Positions 12,391-25,140 of a DNA stretch of 64,000 nt are shown in pieces (the first letter of the stretch is position 1; each line of letters opens with the position of its first letter). Below the pieces are notes generated by a model. That model worked only from the letters and a program-made list of their open reading frames with translations. It was not told the DNA's origin and did no database searches. Origin of the DNA: Octopus vulgaris (taxonomy: Eukaryota). A program made the translations under genes and the position numbers. The stretch covers positions 51,646,001 to 51,710,000 of the forward strand of contig OX597832.1 in the NCBI GenBank assembly GCA_951406725.2, written 5' to 3'.

Positions 12391-13051
12391 GGGGATTTCT
12401 TAACAACAATGTAACCTTCATATAATTAAGTTATCCTTGGCCTAATGAATAGCGAGCAGAGTACCCCTTGTTGAGTAATTATTTCCAAGGATCTGCTAGA
12501 TAGGAAACATATGTAGGCTAGATTTCACCTGCTCCACTCCATCAATTTGGATTTGTATTTGCATTCATAACAACTCTTGTTGCTAACTGTGAACTATAAA
12601 AAATACTTTTCACAGCTTACTGAACTTTGATATGGGGAAAGTCTACAACCTTCGGTGTCAATAAATCATTATTGTTCCTGAAAGTTGTTTTTCATATCTA
12701 TCATGGACTACTTGAAGCTTATTAATGTCCAACAAGTAGATCACTGGATCTTACAATTACATATCAATAGTATATATATCGTCAATAATTCATATATCCA
12801 AAAAAATAGTCCAACGATGGCTTAGCTAGTCGACACTTCGAAGTCACTGTCAACAACGTCCTAACGTCCTTCTTTAAGAAAATTATATATATATAATTAT
12901 ATATATATAGAAAATTATATGGCGTTCTTTTGGTATAAGTACCGGATACATTTCAAGAAAGTGTTTTTTTTATATATGGGGGGTTAGGGTTAGGGTTAGC
13001 GTTAGGGGTGGGAGAAAAGGGTTTCTGTTATCTTCAGAAATGTAAACAAAC

Positions 13052-13092
<41 letters not shown>

Positions 13093-13295
13093 CAGCTGAA
13101 TTTTCTTGAGAACAATTTTTTCTTAGTGGTCAGACCATATGGGGTCTACCTCTAGCATAATGGATGTCCACTTAGTGGTCATCTCCCTTATATGTATGTA
13201 ATATAATTTTCCTGAATCTTCAGATTTTTCAATATGCTAGGCCACTGGTTTTAAATTGATATTAATCAAATCAATATTCAATTTTTCACCCTTAT

Positions 13296-13334
<39 letters not shown>

Positions 13335-13431
13335 TGGTTGTATGCTGTCAACTTAACGTGACAGTCCCTTATGAGAATTACCACACCGCTGTTTAGCCCT
13401 AGGAAGCATTGAACGCTTCTTGTCGGCTTTG

Positions 13432-13474
<43 letters not shown>

Positions 13475-14073
13475 AAGACATTATGTGTCCCCATTTCTGC
13501 TGACTTTGTTACCTCATAACTTTGCAAAAAATGGATCTCAGGGTGTAAATGGTTACGACTGAGGACTTTGAAGCTAATGATTCACCTTCGTTTTAATAAC
13601 AGAATCTCAGCATATCCACAGCCTCTGGTTGAAACAAGTCTAAACATATAGACAAAAGAATATATTTAAAAAAAAAAAAAAACGAAGATTAAAAAACAGA
13701 AATAATACATTTCTAAATCTCCAATTCTACATAATATATATATAACGTATTTTACTTCACTTCCGTAATAAATCATCCATATTATTAAACAGATACACAC
13801 ACATACAGGCCCTTATGTCCATTGTTTTCGACAATGAGTATTCCACTGCATCGATCTACAGAAGTTCATAGCTGTATTATCACACTCTGAGTATTCAAAA
13901 GAGATTTATTCCTATAACGTAAACACCATACAGACTCCAGCGTAGCTAGAGTGTCTGCCAACCGGAGCGGTCCTTCAGCTGGCCGGCCCTGGACCCCCAC
14001 AAAAATACATATTGCCTACAGCAGTCCCAAAAGTTGTGTCACTCCCATAAAAGTGTCAACCGGAGCAGACCTC

Positions 14074-14501
14074 GGATCTTTTCGGTTTGAACGGCAGTTT
14101 TTTAAAATAATTTCCACGTAACTAAACACTTTCAAACTTTGTATACTGGTAGAATGTGTTTATAAAACTTTTTTTTTCTCTTGGCTTTATTGAGAAAATC
14201 CTATAGTTTGTAACATATTTGTTGTTGTTTTTTCTTCAATTTCTGCAATTTCAACCAATCAATGACGTCTATTGAGGTAAAAAAGAAACATTCTGTGCCA
14301 TATGACTATGTCCCTCGTTTAAGAAACAGATTGGGTTTATTTACATTTGTGAAGAAAAAAAGATACCCTTCCCCATACCCCTAACCCTAACTAACCCTAA
14401 AACAGATTGAAATGCAATAGATCGATACTAGGGTCATAATTATGGGTGACAATTTCATATGACACCGCTAGAAAAAACTGCCGTTCAAACAGAAAAGATC
14501 C
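14074..14501 (-). mobile_element. Merlin-like MITE, complete (428 bp)
   Basis: ~30-bp TIRs ggatcttttcggtttgaacggcagtttttt; 8-bp TSD cagacctc at 14066-14073 and 14502-14509. Confidence 0.88.
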
Positions 14502-14719
14502 CAGACCTCAACCTTCAGCTAGGCTAGTGCAAACAGAATCTGTATGAGACAGTATCACAAGGTCGAGCCTTTAATTACACATACACTTTACACAACGGAT
14601 TTGGCTCAGTTGCTGCCCACGGCTGATTGCATGCATAGTATCAACACAGCAACACAGTATCAAATATGTGAAGAGCAATCGGAAGTAAATCTGAAGAGGA
14701 AGCCTAAGGTTTAGGATGC

Positions 14720-15290
14720 CCTTTTTCCTAGGAACCTCCCTCTTGTCCAGAATATCAAACTATTGGAAGCAGTCCAGAAATGTACAACCAAATGAATACT
14801 CTCCGCCAAATCACCATATCTTGAATGTGTTGCTCCTCCTGACATTGACACACTAAAGTTTCGACACCTTGTAGCTGACTCGGAAAAACCCCACAAAATT
14901 ATCCACCATTTTACCAACAACTTTAGACTAACTTCTTAAACTAGATATTCCTAACCTCTATATCCCGTGAACTTGCTTATAAAATAAAAATAATAAGGAT
15001 GATGATGATTTCTTTATTAACCACCAATATTATAGACCATGCAGAACAATACAAATGTATGTGTGTTGTGAGGGTTTTACGTGGAAATTCCTTCACGTTC
15101 AAAATTGTTGAAGTATGGAATAAACTACCCATGTTCGTCGTTAGATGTCAGGTTATCAAATCCTTTAAAAATACCATGCTTCCTGAATTTCGTTAGCATT
15201 TCTTTTGGTGTGTGGCCCTTTCATTTTTGCTTACTTGACTTTCTGTCCCACCCTTTCCCGACGAGTTGTAGCGCACCAGTTGAAGGATCT
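14720..15290 (+). mobile_element. Old CR1-type LINE 3' fragment
   Basis: I.LLEAVQK..TK, DTLK.R.L.AD and F...IVEVWNKLP motifs; homologous to 34330-34765. Confidence 0.7.
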
Positions 15291-15476
15291 AGTATTTTAC
15301 AGAGATAAAATTATTGTTAAAATATAGGAAGAGATTTTTTTTTTTTTTCCAATATGGGATTCCCAAATATTAGAAAACCTCAAACGTGAGTAACTAAATA
15401 CCTCACTGCTCAATTGAACACACAACTCAGATCTAACGTTTACAACCAAATCGCTACAAACATTGGCTACAGTTAT

Positions 15477-15675
15477 GATAGATAGATAGATAGATAGATA
15501 GACAGATAGATAGATAGAAAGATAGATAGATAAATAGATAGATAGACAGATAGATAGGTAGAAAGATAGATAGATAGATAGATAGACAGATAGATAGGTA
15601 GAAAGATAGATAGATAGATAGATAGACAGATAGACAGATAGATAGGTAGAAAGATAGATAGACAGACAGACAGAC

Positions 15676-15762
<87 letters not shown>
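15477..15762. repeat. (GATA/GACA)n-(GA)n microsatellite
   Basis: Direct inspection. Confidence 0.95.
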
Positions 15763-16984
15763 CAATGTACGTTTTGTAAGCAAAACCCCAGAGTTCCAGG
15801 CTTGAACTGATTTAAAAAAAAACTTTTCATTCTACAAGGGTTTGCCAATAAAGGCATTCTTTTAGTTTGTGATTATAAACTGAAATACTGACACTATTCA
15901 GCAATGTCCAGGTAGACATGTTGAATACCCTGCTTTTTTCATCCCCTCCCAAAAACTTCGAATTCTGTTTTCAACAAGAGATTACGTTTTTTTATTGGGT
16001 GGGGGTGATTTTTAAAACTTATTTACCCACCCCACTTTTTGCTTTTTTTCAAAGTATTTTTATTCCGAAATATCAATACCGATTGCTTCGGATAATTTCC
16101 CACTTTTCGATGAGTGGGTCACAAACCGAAAGTATGTCATTCGACTACTGTCATTATTCCATCGAGCCAACTTCATAATTTTCTACATGGCAGACCGTTA
16201 CATAAACATACATACAAACAAACAAAAACAAAAGAAACATGCCTTCTCTCTCTCTCTCTCTCTCTCTCTCTGTCCCTCACACGCACATGAACATGTATGC
16301 AATAGGTGTACGTACGTATGTTTCTGTGTGTGTGTGTGTCACTGAAGCTAGCCATTCACACATACATACATACATACACACAACAAACACACACACACAT
16401 ACATACATACATACATACATACATACATACATACATACATACACACATACATACATACATACACACATACATAACAGCCCCCCCTATCTCTCTCTCTCAA
16501 TCACATACACACACACACATCAGCAAAATACCTTCACATCCACAAACCCCCCATCAACACACATACATCTATTGCTCTTTCTCTGTCTCTTCACACACAC
16601 TAACAATACAACTTCACATACACACCACATTTTCAGTGTCCCACACCCCATCAACACACACACATCATTCCTCTCTGTCTGTCTCTCTCCCTTTCTGTCC
16701 CTTTCGCTTTACACCGACTTCAAAAGGTGAGTCCCCTGTTCCAATTGCTCCCTCTCTGTGTCGGCCAAAATATATTTTGTCATTTGCTTAGGGGTTAGTA
16801 ATCGTTGCTCCTAAAATGGTAGTTTTAATATACAAAATGTATGTTCTTATTAAATAAGAACCAGATCTGGTCGATATCTATACGACAGGTGGCAACAAAA
16901 ATAATTAAAAAATGTATAACGAAGAATCACGAAGCTTTTACATCAGACACGAAGAGAATGAATTAGGGAGCTGGCTTTACTCAC

Positions 16985-17208
16985 CTTTGCCCACAGATTA
17001 TCTAGGGACAAGACTAGGGTATTTAAGACCATGAATAGGGTGTATTATGAGAAAGAAGTTTGTGCTGATAAATTTGCGAACCAGGAAGAAGCGAAATCAA
17101 AAGCGGTGGACATAAGATCTGTTGTATAAACAACTTCATGCGGTAGGGGACTTCGAGGGGCAGCCGTCTCAAAAATTTCACTAGGGAATTTACGAGCAAC
17201 AGGTGTTT
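16985..17208 (-). other. Putative exon 2 of a second minus-strand gene (mostly 5'UTR; possible start MVLNTLVLSLDNLWAK at 17032)
   Basis: Acceptor ttcctaatttacag| at 17209, consensus donor AAG|gtgagt at 16984, and an upstream donor CA|gtgagt at 17770. Lies in repeat-free, CpG-retaining DNA. Confidence 0.45.
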
Positions 17209-17770
17209 CTGTAAATTAGGAAACATTTGTTTGTGAGAAAGTGAATACTAGTAACCACCACCAGTAGAATGTTAAACTATAAAATCAGTAATGGATTTCG
17301 AAAGAAGCTTGGGCCATTGCTGGAATAAAAAAGATTAAACTGCACTGTTGAACAGTCACTGTGACCATCAACAAATTTAGTACCACAAGGCCTAAGACTA
17401 CCCTACTACCAGCAGTGGTTCTCAATAGTGGCCCACAAGGACCTTAGAGGTCCGTAAAATTTATGTGCAATAAATTACTTATACTTCTACAATACACAAA
17501 ATATTTTAATATTTTTTATTCATTTTCTAATAATATTTCATTTTAAAATTACAGTAAGATTTTTTTTTGTTGCATATATACAGTGAATGATTATAGAGAT
17601 CCTGTTGAATAAAATAGGGATCGAAGGGAGTCCATAAGGAAAAAATGGTTATTCACTAAATGATGGTTATAACATAGCGAAAGTAAATAAACTTTCGTCC
17701 AGGAAAATGAACACTTTAAATCTATACACCGATCGATTTGTACAAACAATAACAAATACCATATACTCAC

Positions 17771-18420
17771 TGATGTTATGATTGCGGAACACGAAACATA
17801 ATCCTTGTTATTTAACAACTCTTTCTCAGAATTTAGATAAGTTAGGCAATCTCAAAAAAATCTTCTTTTCTTTATGTAAGTTCATGTCAGCGATGTTTCT
17901 CACTTTTTGTAGTAAATGATTTAATTCTGGGTTTTACATTATACAAAAGATTCTGCGAGAAACGACAGTCGTTTTAACGACTAGTTTCGTTTTTCCAGTA
18001 CTTCTAGGAATGCTTTAGTGTGAGTCACAATGTTTCTGTTCTGAAATCCGGTTCCGATTTAGTTATTTATCTATTAAGTGTAATAATTAATAACTTCTCC
18101 GTATAGACATGATAAAGGAGTAGTAGCAGTAGTAGGCGCTGAGAATAGGTTTATTTTTATGACAATGAGTAAAATATGTGTCTTGTAAATTTACCGGTGC
18201 TATTAATACTTAAAACGTGCACGTGTTCGTTTCTCAAAGCGAGAAAGAGAAGACAAAAAGTAGCTGAAATTATTGTCAGTTTTATAAACCAACCAAAATA
18301 TCGTAAAGATTTCTCAGCAAAAATAAGTTACGAAATAGATAATATGTCTGTTGCATTCTCAGTACATATGAACAACCTAGATCGTCAATTGAACGATTTT
18401 CTTGTGTGATGAGAGACTTA
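17771..18420 (-). promoter_or_regulatory. Putative promoter/first-exon region with STAT-type TTCN3GAA sites
   Basis: Repeat-free, relatively CpG-rich stretch upstream of the donor at 17770; TTCTCAGAA at 17823-17831 and TTCTAGGAA at 18002-18010. Confidence 0.3.
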
Positions 18421-18734
18421 GCTTTTGTTTACTTTAAGTCAAGAGGACGTTCTCGTTGTATTGTCATGTTTAACACATATTTCTCTGCGGCATTTGTTTA
18501 GCCCTGAATCAGATCTGTTTGAACAGACTTTCAATCAGTATCTATAATCTAATCTATTACATGACAATTCTATTTACACACACACCCTACCTACCCTACC
18601 TCGCATGGCTCAGTGGTTAGAGCGTTGAGCTCACAATCATAAGGTAGTGAGTTCGATTCTCGGTCCGGGCTGTGTTGTGTTCTTGAGCAAGACACTTTAT
18701 TTCGTGTTGCTCCAGTTCATTCAGAAGTGAGTTG

Positions 18735-19142
18735 GGATCTTTTCAGTTTGAACGGCAGTTTTTTCTAGTGGTGTCATATGAAATTATCACCCGTAATTAT
18801 GACCCTAGTATCGATCTATTGCATTTCAATCTGGGTTAGGGGTGGGGGGAAGGGTATCTTTTTTTCTTCAGAAATGTAAATAAACCCAATCTGTTTCTTA
18901 AGCGAGGGACATATTCATACGGCACAGAATGGCTTTTTTTTTACCTCAATAGACATCATTGATTGGTTGAAATTGCAGAAATTGAAAAAAAAAAACAACA
19001 AATATCTTACAAACAATAGAATTTTCTCTAAAGCCAAGAGAAAAGATGTTTTATAAACACATTCTACCAGTATACTAAGTTTAAAAGTGTTTAGTTATGT
19101 GGAAATTATTTTAAAAAACTGCCGTTCAAACCGAAAAGATCC
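18735..19142 (+). mobile_element. Merlin-like MITE inserted in a family D SINE
   Basis: Same TIRs as 14074-14501; 8-bp TSD gtgagttg at 18727-18734 and 19143-19150. Confidence 0.88.
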
Positions 19143-19490
19143 GTGAGTTGAAATGTCACTGGTACCAAGCTGTATTGGCCTTTGCCTTTCGGTGGCGTGA
19201 GGAGGGGTGGCTGGTATACTAGTCTTCCATAAACAACCTTTCCCGGACTTGTGTCTCAGGGGAACTTTCCGAGTGCAATCTCATGGTTATTCAGGAATGA
19301 TGGGGGTCTTTATAGGTATTTCTACAGAAGTGTGCCCCTCACTCCGATTTTGTCTGCCTCATAACTTCCAGAAAAATGGATACTTTATTCAAAGTATGTA
19401 GAGGGATTTCACAATTCTATAGTTAAGAGATGTGGAATTATGTACATTATTTACATTTGAGGGATATTTGTCCTCATCTTGTTTGTTTTT

Positions 19491-19536
19491 AACTCAACGT
19501 TTCGGCTGATGTACCCTCCAGCCTTCATCAGGTGTC
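19491..19536 (-). ncRNA. Minimal type I hammerhead ribozyme motif (inverted partner)
   Basis: Minus strand reads gacac CTGATGA a ggctg gagggtacat cagcc GAAA c GTT gagtt; stem III is the palindrome aacgtt. Confidence 0.7.
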
Positions 19537-20056
19537 TTGGGGAAATTATAATAATATTAATAATAATAATAATAATAATTATTATTATTATTATAGGCGC
19601 AGGAGTGGCTGTGTGGTAAGTAGCTTGCTAACCAACCACATGGTTCTGGGTTCAGTCCCACTGCGTGGCATCTTGGGCAAGTGTCTTCTGCTATAGCCCC
19701 GGGCTGACCAATGCCTTATGAGTAGATTTGGTAGATGGAAACTGAAAGAAGCCTGTCGTATATATGTATATATATATAAGTGTATGTGTTTGTGTGTCTG
19801 TGTTTGTTCCCTAGCATTACTTGACAACCGATGCTGGTGTGTTTACGTCCCCGTCACTTAGCGGTTCGGCAAAAGAGACCGATAGAATAAGTACTGGGCT
19901 TACAAAGAATAAGTCCCGGGGTCGATTTGCTCGACTAAAGGCGGTGCTCCAGCATATCCGCAGTCAAATGAATGAAACAAGTAAAAGAGTAAGAGTAAAG
20001 AGTATAACATCGAAAAATACCTTAGGAATGAGAACCCAGGTTCGAAATTTCCCCAA

Positions 20057-20101
20057 GACACCTGATGAAGGCTGGAGATATATCAGCCGAAATGTTGTGT
20101 T
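20057..20101 (+). ncRNA. Minimal type I hammerhead ribozyme motif
   Basis: gacac CTGATGA a ggctg gagatatat cagcc GAAA t GTT gtgtt: intact CUGANGA/GAAA core with stems I and II. Confidence 0.7.
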
Positions 20102-21328
20102 AACAACAAACAAGATGAGGACAAATATCTGTCAAATGTAAATAATGTAGAGAGATTTGTTGAGAAAAAATTTTTCGAGGATTAGGGAGAAGAGTTTCGG
20201 AAAATTCACACGCTCCGACATTTTCACAATCATAACTTTCAGGAAAATGGGTATCTTTTAATGAAATTTTACACAAGTACTTTTCAAACGGCATAGATTA
20301 CAAAGAAATTTGTTGGGAAAATTTCTTGCAAGGGGGTGGCAAGAAGAATTTCGGATCAGGCGGCCCGCATAAGTTGGAATTTCTCCGTTTTGACGGGGAT
20401 TTTTCCAATTTTGTTTTTTCTTTCATAACAGCCTTCGAAATGATGGAAAGCATATATTTATGAAAAAAAAAAAAAAAAATTTTGAAAATTCATGATTTTT
20501 TTCACTCCACCACCCCACTCCAGACCGATTTTGGCCAGTTATTTTTTGCACTCCACTCTATGAGAGAAGCCTTTTCAGTTAAAAAAAAAGTTGATATTTT
20601 CAGGGGAAAAAGTGTGTGATTTAAGTGAGATTTGACTGTTGTTTCTAGCACATCCAAAGACCACCCTCGTTTCTTTCTCACTCTCACATCTATTGATGTT
20701 TTTCAATATTTTTCACCCCATAAACACATTTTATGGAATGATGAGTTGGAAGTAACACATGCATGGTCGATTACTGGATATAAGCAAAAAAAAAAAAAAT
20801 GGTAATTTAAATTTTTACCCCCCATCCCAACCAAGTGAGGTTGTGTTTAAGAAAAAACATTTCCTCACAGAAAATTATGCTATCAAAATAAATACTCTTT
20901 TACATACCTCTATTTTAAAGTCACTCTGGATAAATCCTAGGAAGGACCATCTCAGGCTGTTCAATATTTTAAAATTATAAATGAAAACATGTGAGCAGAA
21001 ACGAAAACATAAAATTATAAATGAAAACATGTGAGCTGAAAGTTATGAGGGGAAAAATTTTGAGTAATGCAAATTTTCTGGAACTCTTCTCTCTAACCAC
21101 TCAGTAAAATTTTTTCGGCAAATCCCAACACACTCTGAATCTACAACATCTTGGTGGTATTTGTTGAAAATTTTGTTAAAAAGTATCCATTTTTCTGGAA
21201 GTTACGAGGCAACAAAATCGGGGGTTGGGGGTACACACCTGTAGGAATGCCTATATATATATATACAGGGTGCATAAGATATTTCAGGACAGATTTATGT
21301 TTATTAAAAAACCAAAAAAAAACCCATA

Positions 21329-21732
21329 TCTTTATATATAAAAGTGAAGTTGTGTGTGTGTGTCTGTCTCCTACGATTTAGATTCCTAACTACTCCCACA
21401 TTTTTCGGTGCAGTTTAACCAAAACCGGGTATCTTATAGTCGTGATTCATATTGAGCCCTTCTGGGTATTAGCGCACGTCTACGATGAGTCTACAATTTT
21501 AAAAATAATTTACCATCATTTTTTTCCATTTTAAAGCATCTTTTTCGCTATTATATAAGGGAAGTAACTCTCTAAAAATGTCTACGATGAGTCAACGATT
21601 TAAAAAAAAATTTACCATCATTTTTTTCCATTTTTAATGCATTTTTTTGCTATTTTTTGGCTATAACTCTCTAAAAATGCTTATATAGTTATTTCCCTTA
21701 CAAACCCAAGCAACGCCGGGCGATACTGCTAG
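21329..21732 (+). mobile_element. Non-autonomous Helitron (copy 1 of tandem pair)
   Basis: A|TC start, 3' hairpin cccaagcaacgccggg, CTAG|T end. Confidence 0.85.
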
Positions 21733-21735
21733 TAA

Positions 21736-22132
21736 TCTATATATATAAAAGTGAAGTTGCGTGGTGTCTGTCCCCTACGATATAGATTCCTAACTACTCC
21801 CACATTTTGCGGTGCAGTGTAACCAAAAGCGGGTATCTTATAGTCGTGATTCATATCAAGCCCTTCTGGGTATTAGCACGTGTCTACGATGAGTCTACTA
21901 TTTAAAAAAAAATTACCATCATTTTTTCCCATTTTTAATGCATTTTTTTGCTATTATATAAGGGAAGTAACTCTCTAAAAATGTATTATTAAATCTCAGA
22001 ACGTAAAAAGCTACAGTAACACCCCCCTTTGTGGTTAGCCATATTGAGATAGCTATTATACTTTACATCTCTAAAAATGCTTATATAGTTATTTCCCTTA
22101 CAAACCCAAGCAACGCCGGGCGATACTGCTAG
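21736..22132 (+). mobile_element. Non-autonomous Helitron (copy 2 of tandem pair)
   Basis: Same termini; separated from copy 1 by taa. Confidence 0.85.
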
Positions 22133-24320
22133 TAACAGATAATAATTTCATTTATCAAAAAATGCTATGAGGATAAAACAAGCCTTCTTTTCTATAATGT
22201 TATTCAATAAAGCCACCTTCAACAACAATTCTTCTATATGAGATCTAAATCATCTACATGCTCAAATCAAGTGGTCCTGGTTCATTTTGGACATTACTCT
22301 GACTATGGCTGCTTTCAAAGAATCTTTGGTGTTATAAGCGTGTTTATTGACTTCTCTCTCAACAACACTCCACATGTAATAGTCCAATGGATTGAAATCT
22401 GGGGAATTAGGAGGCCAAATGTTAGGGGCTAGATGATCATGAACATTTTCAGCCATCCATTCTTGTGTTACTAGAGCCATGTGTGATAGTGCAGAGTCTT
22501 ACTGAAACATATATGGCCTTCCATTGCGTACACTGTCTATCCAGGGCTTAACAATTATTTCCAGGACCTCAATGTAGGTGGCAGAGTTAACTCTAAGGCC
22601 TTGTGGAAAGAAGTAAGGTGACAACCATTAAAACCATGACAGTTGCAGGAAATTATGTATGTATAACATTTGGACCTTCAGAAGGGTCTGTACATAACTA
22701 TCTGTCATTTGTTCTGTTGACTTTTTGAACTTGGTTGAAGTTTTCTCGCTTGCTGGATTTTTCAGTTTGTTTAAGAGCCTTTTAGGTCTGATGTAGTGAT
22801 TTTCTTTTGCTTTTTCCGACATAAACTGAACTTTCCCCATCATATATAACATATCTGATGTCTTTGTGGACAACATTTCTGACTGTTCCTTCTGAAACAT
22901 GGAGATCTTTATCAATTGGCCTCATGGACTTTCTGGGATTGTAATCAATGGTCTGTTGAACTTGCTGGATAAATTCAGGTGTTCTGATGATTTCAGAGTG
23001 TTTAGGATGCTTTTTATGCTTTGATACTGGTGATATGTTTCCATCTTCAGTCTCTAACTCCTTTACAAACTTTGTTGGCAAAACATCTGGCAACTTTTAA
23101 AAATCAAAATATTTCTAAATCGCTATGCTCAGCCTTTATAACCACAGTAACAGCATATCTCTTCATTTTTCGAGTAAGCTGAGGGTCTGTCATTATTATT
23201 TTCTGAGACAAAGATTATTCAGAGTTAGCAAAAAATGCAGCAATAGTCAAAAAAAGGTATCTCCTCTAATACCTTACGCACCCTCTCTCTATATATACGT
23301 ATATACATTATGAAGAGGAGTTAGTCAGGATTTGTATAAAAACTATTTATTTGGCGCTTTTGTCCCTTTCAGGTATTAATCAGGAATGATCTCTTATAGT
23401 AAATTCATACCTTTTATATTTTTTGTTTTTTTGTTTTTAAAGTTTCGGCTCAGAGCTGCGGCCATGTAAGTTTGTTGAAAAAGTATCTGGAGAAGAATTT
23501 GTTTCATTGGGTTTTGAAAAGAGGGTGTTCTTGGAGTGGTTATTTGAGATGTTCTTTGTCATTTTGAATCTATACATGTGTGTGTAAACATGTAGATACA
23601 GAAGTACAAAGAAATAAAGATGATGACATTACATCTTACACACACACACACACACACACAGTGCAAAAATTCACACATACACACATACATATATATATGC
23701 ATAGGGGGCTGTATTGGTGAAACAAACAATTCCCTTTGGCTATGAGCAAAAATCCACAGATAATACACCCAAAAAGAGACATCATTATCATCATCATCAT
23801 CGTTTAACATCCGCTTTCCATGCTAGCATGGGTTGGACGATTTGACTGAGGAGTGGCGAACCAGGCTCCAATCTTGATCTGGCAGAGTTTCTTCAGCTGG
23901 ATGCCCTTCCTAACCTCAACCACTCCAAGGGTGTAGTGGGTGCTTTTACATGCCACGAAAGTGCTAAATATATAGTTTTTGTCCAAATCCTATCTCTTTT
24001 CTTAATATATAAAATCTGTACACCACTTAAGTCTACACACATGCATACACACATATAATACATACATACACATCAATAGTTTCAAGGAATGAACTGCAAC
24101 CATGCTGGAACTCCACCTTGTTTTTATTTTTGTTTATGTGCGTGTCTCCCTCTTTTGTTCTTCTTCCTTTCTGTTTTTCTCTCCAATCTTTTCACTATTC
24201 TTCTCCTCTCCCCTTCACTATTCCCTCTCTCTCACTCTTCCTCCTTGACTCTCTTGTTGCTCACACGTGACCAACGACCATCCATCTTTCTTTCTTTCAC
24301 TTCCTTCCTAAAGACGAGAC

Positions 24321-25089
24321 GTGCTTTTATCTGTCTCTTCTCAAAGCTTGTTTTTCTAGCAGTCACCACTTCACATAGTCCTGTCTTAAAAGCCCTCACT
24401 GTTTGCTTTTTACTGTTTTGCTCTCACTGTCCTGTTTTTGTTACCTTTCACCCTCCGCTAAAAATCTCAAATTTTATTTAATTTGCTTTGCGGGAAGGAC
24501 TGTTTTAACAAAGTTGCATCTTGCCCTTACCTTCGAAACGTGGAGTAGATAAAACAGGGGACAACTGATGAAGGGAATGTTCTATATGTTGCCTGTCTCG
24601 TTTCTCTATTTATTTCCTCTCGTTGTTCAAAAAAAAAAGTTTGTTTTCTATGTTTTTATTTTTTATGTCTCATTTCTCATTCTGTCTATGTTTTTTGATG
24701 TCCTGTACCCATATATGCATGTATATATACATATATATGTAGGTATGTACATATATATATGTATATATGCATATATTCATATATTATTTATATTATATAT
24801 ATATTTTTTCGGCGCCCTTTTCAAGCCTAGCCAGGCTCATGGGCCCGGTTTCCTGGTTTCTGTGGTGTATGTGTTCCCCCCAGCTGGACGGGATGCCAGT
24901 CCATCGCAGCGTTATTCAAGAAACAGGAAGACAGAGTGAGAGAATACAATAAATGAATTAAAAACATTTGTGTATTAAGAATTTGGGTACTTTACCAACA
25001 GTATATTGGATAATTGATATCCCATTGTGGGTTACATCCATAACCCCTATTTTACTGTTTTTTATATATATATATGCCTGCTTGTGTGA

Positions 25090-25140
<51 letters not shown>

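Larger units (their letters stand above)
19410..20149. mobile_element. Penelope-like inverted-repeat insertion with two hammerhead motifs, carrying a family A SINE (19596-20003)
   Basis: Arms 19443-19547 and 20046-20149 are reverse complements; host sequence atgtagag(g/a)gattt is duplicated at 19396-19409 and 20145-20158. Confidence 0.7.
19315..21251. mobile_element. Non-autonomous TIR element (TA-flanked, ~80-bp imperfect TIRs) hosting nested inserts
   Basis: ggtatttctacag...cataacttccagaaaaatggatacttt is mirrored by aaagtatccatttttctggaagttacg...ctgtaggaatgcc. Confidence 0.7.
21266..23285 (-). mobile_element. Decayed Tc1/mariner DD37D (maT-like) transposon
   Basis: TIRs cagggtgcataagata and taccttacgcaccct; transposase pieces RTPEFIQQVQ..I..NPRKSMR, DSA..H and WPPNSPDFNPLDYYMWS; frameshifted. 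Confidence 0.85.

Noticed and set aside
10541-12593. Candidate downstream exons of the 17-kb gene (12529-12593 FTVSNKSCYECK..., 12-nt microexon 10541-10552)
   Set aside because: Splice-like signals only; their phases do not chain and the peptide is unrecognisable.
15297-16791. Long ORFs rich in LSIY, HT and YI repeats (also 27903-28293, 58191-58739)
   Set aside because: Translations of stop-free microsatellites.
17413-17660. hAT-like MITE starting cagtggttctcaa
   Set aside because: Right TIR and TSD are too degenerate to support.
24525-24580. GAAAC...CTGATGA motif as a permuted hammerhead
   Set aside because: Could not form stems I and III.
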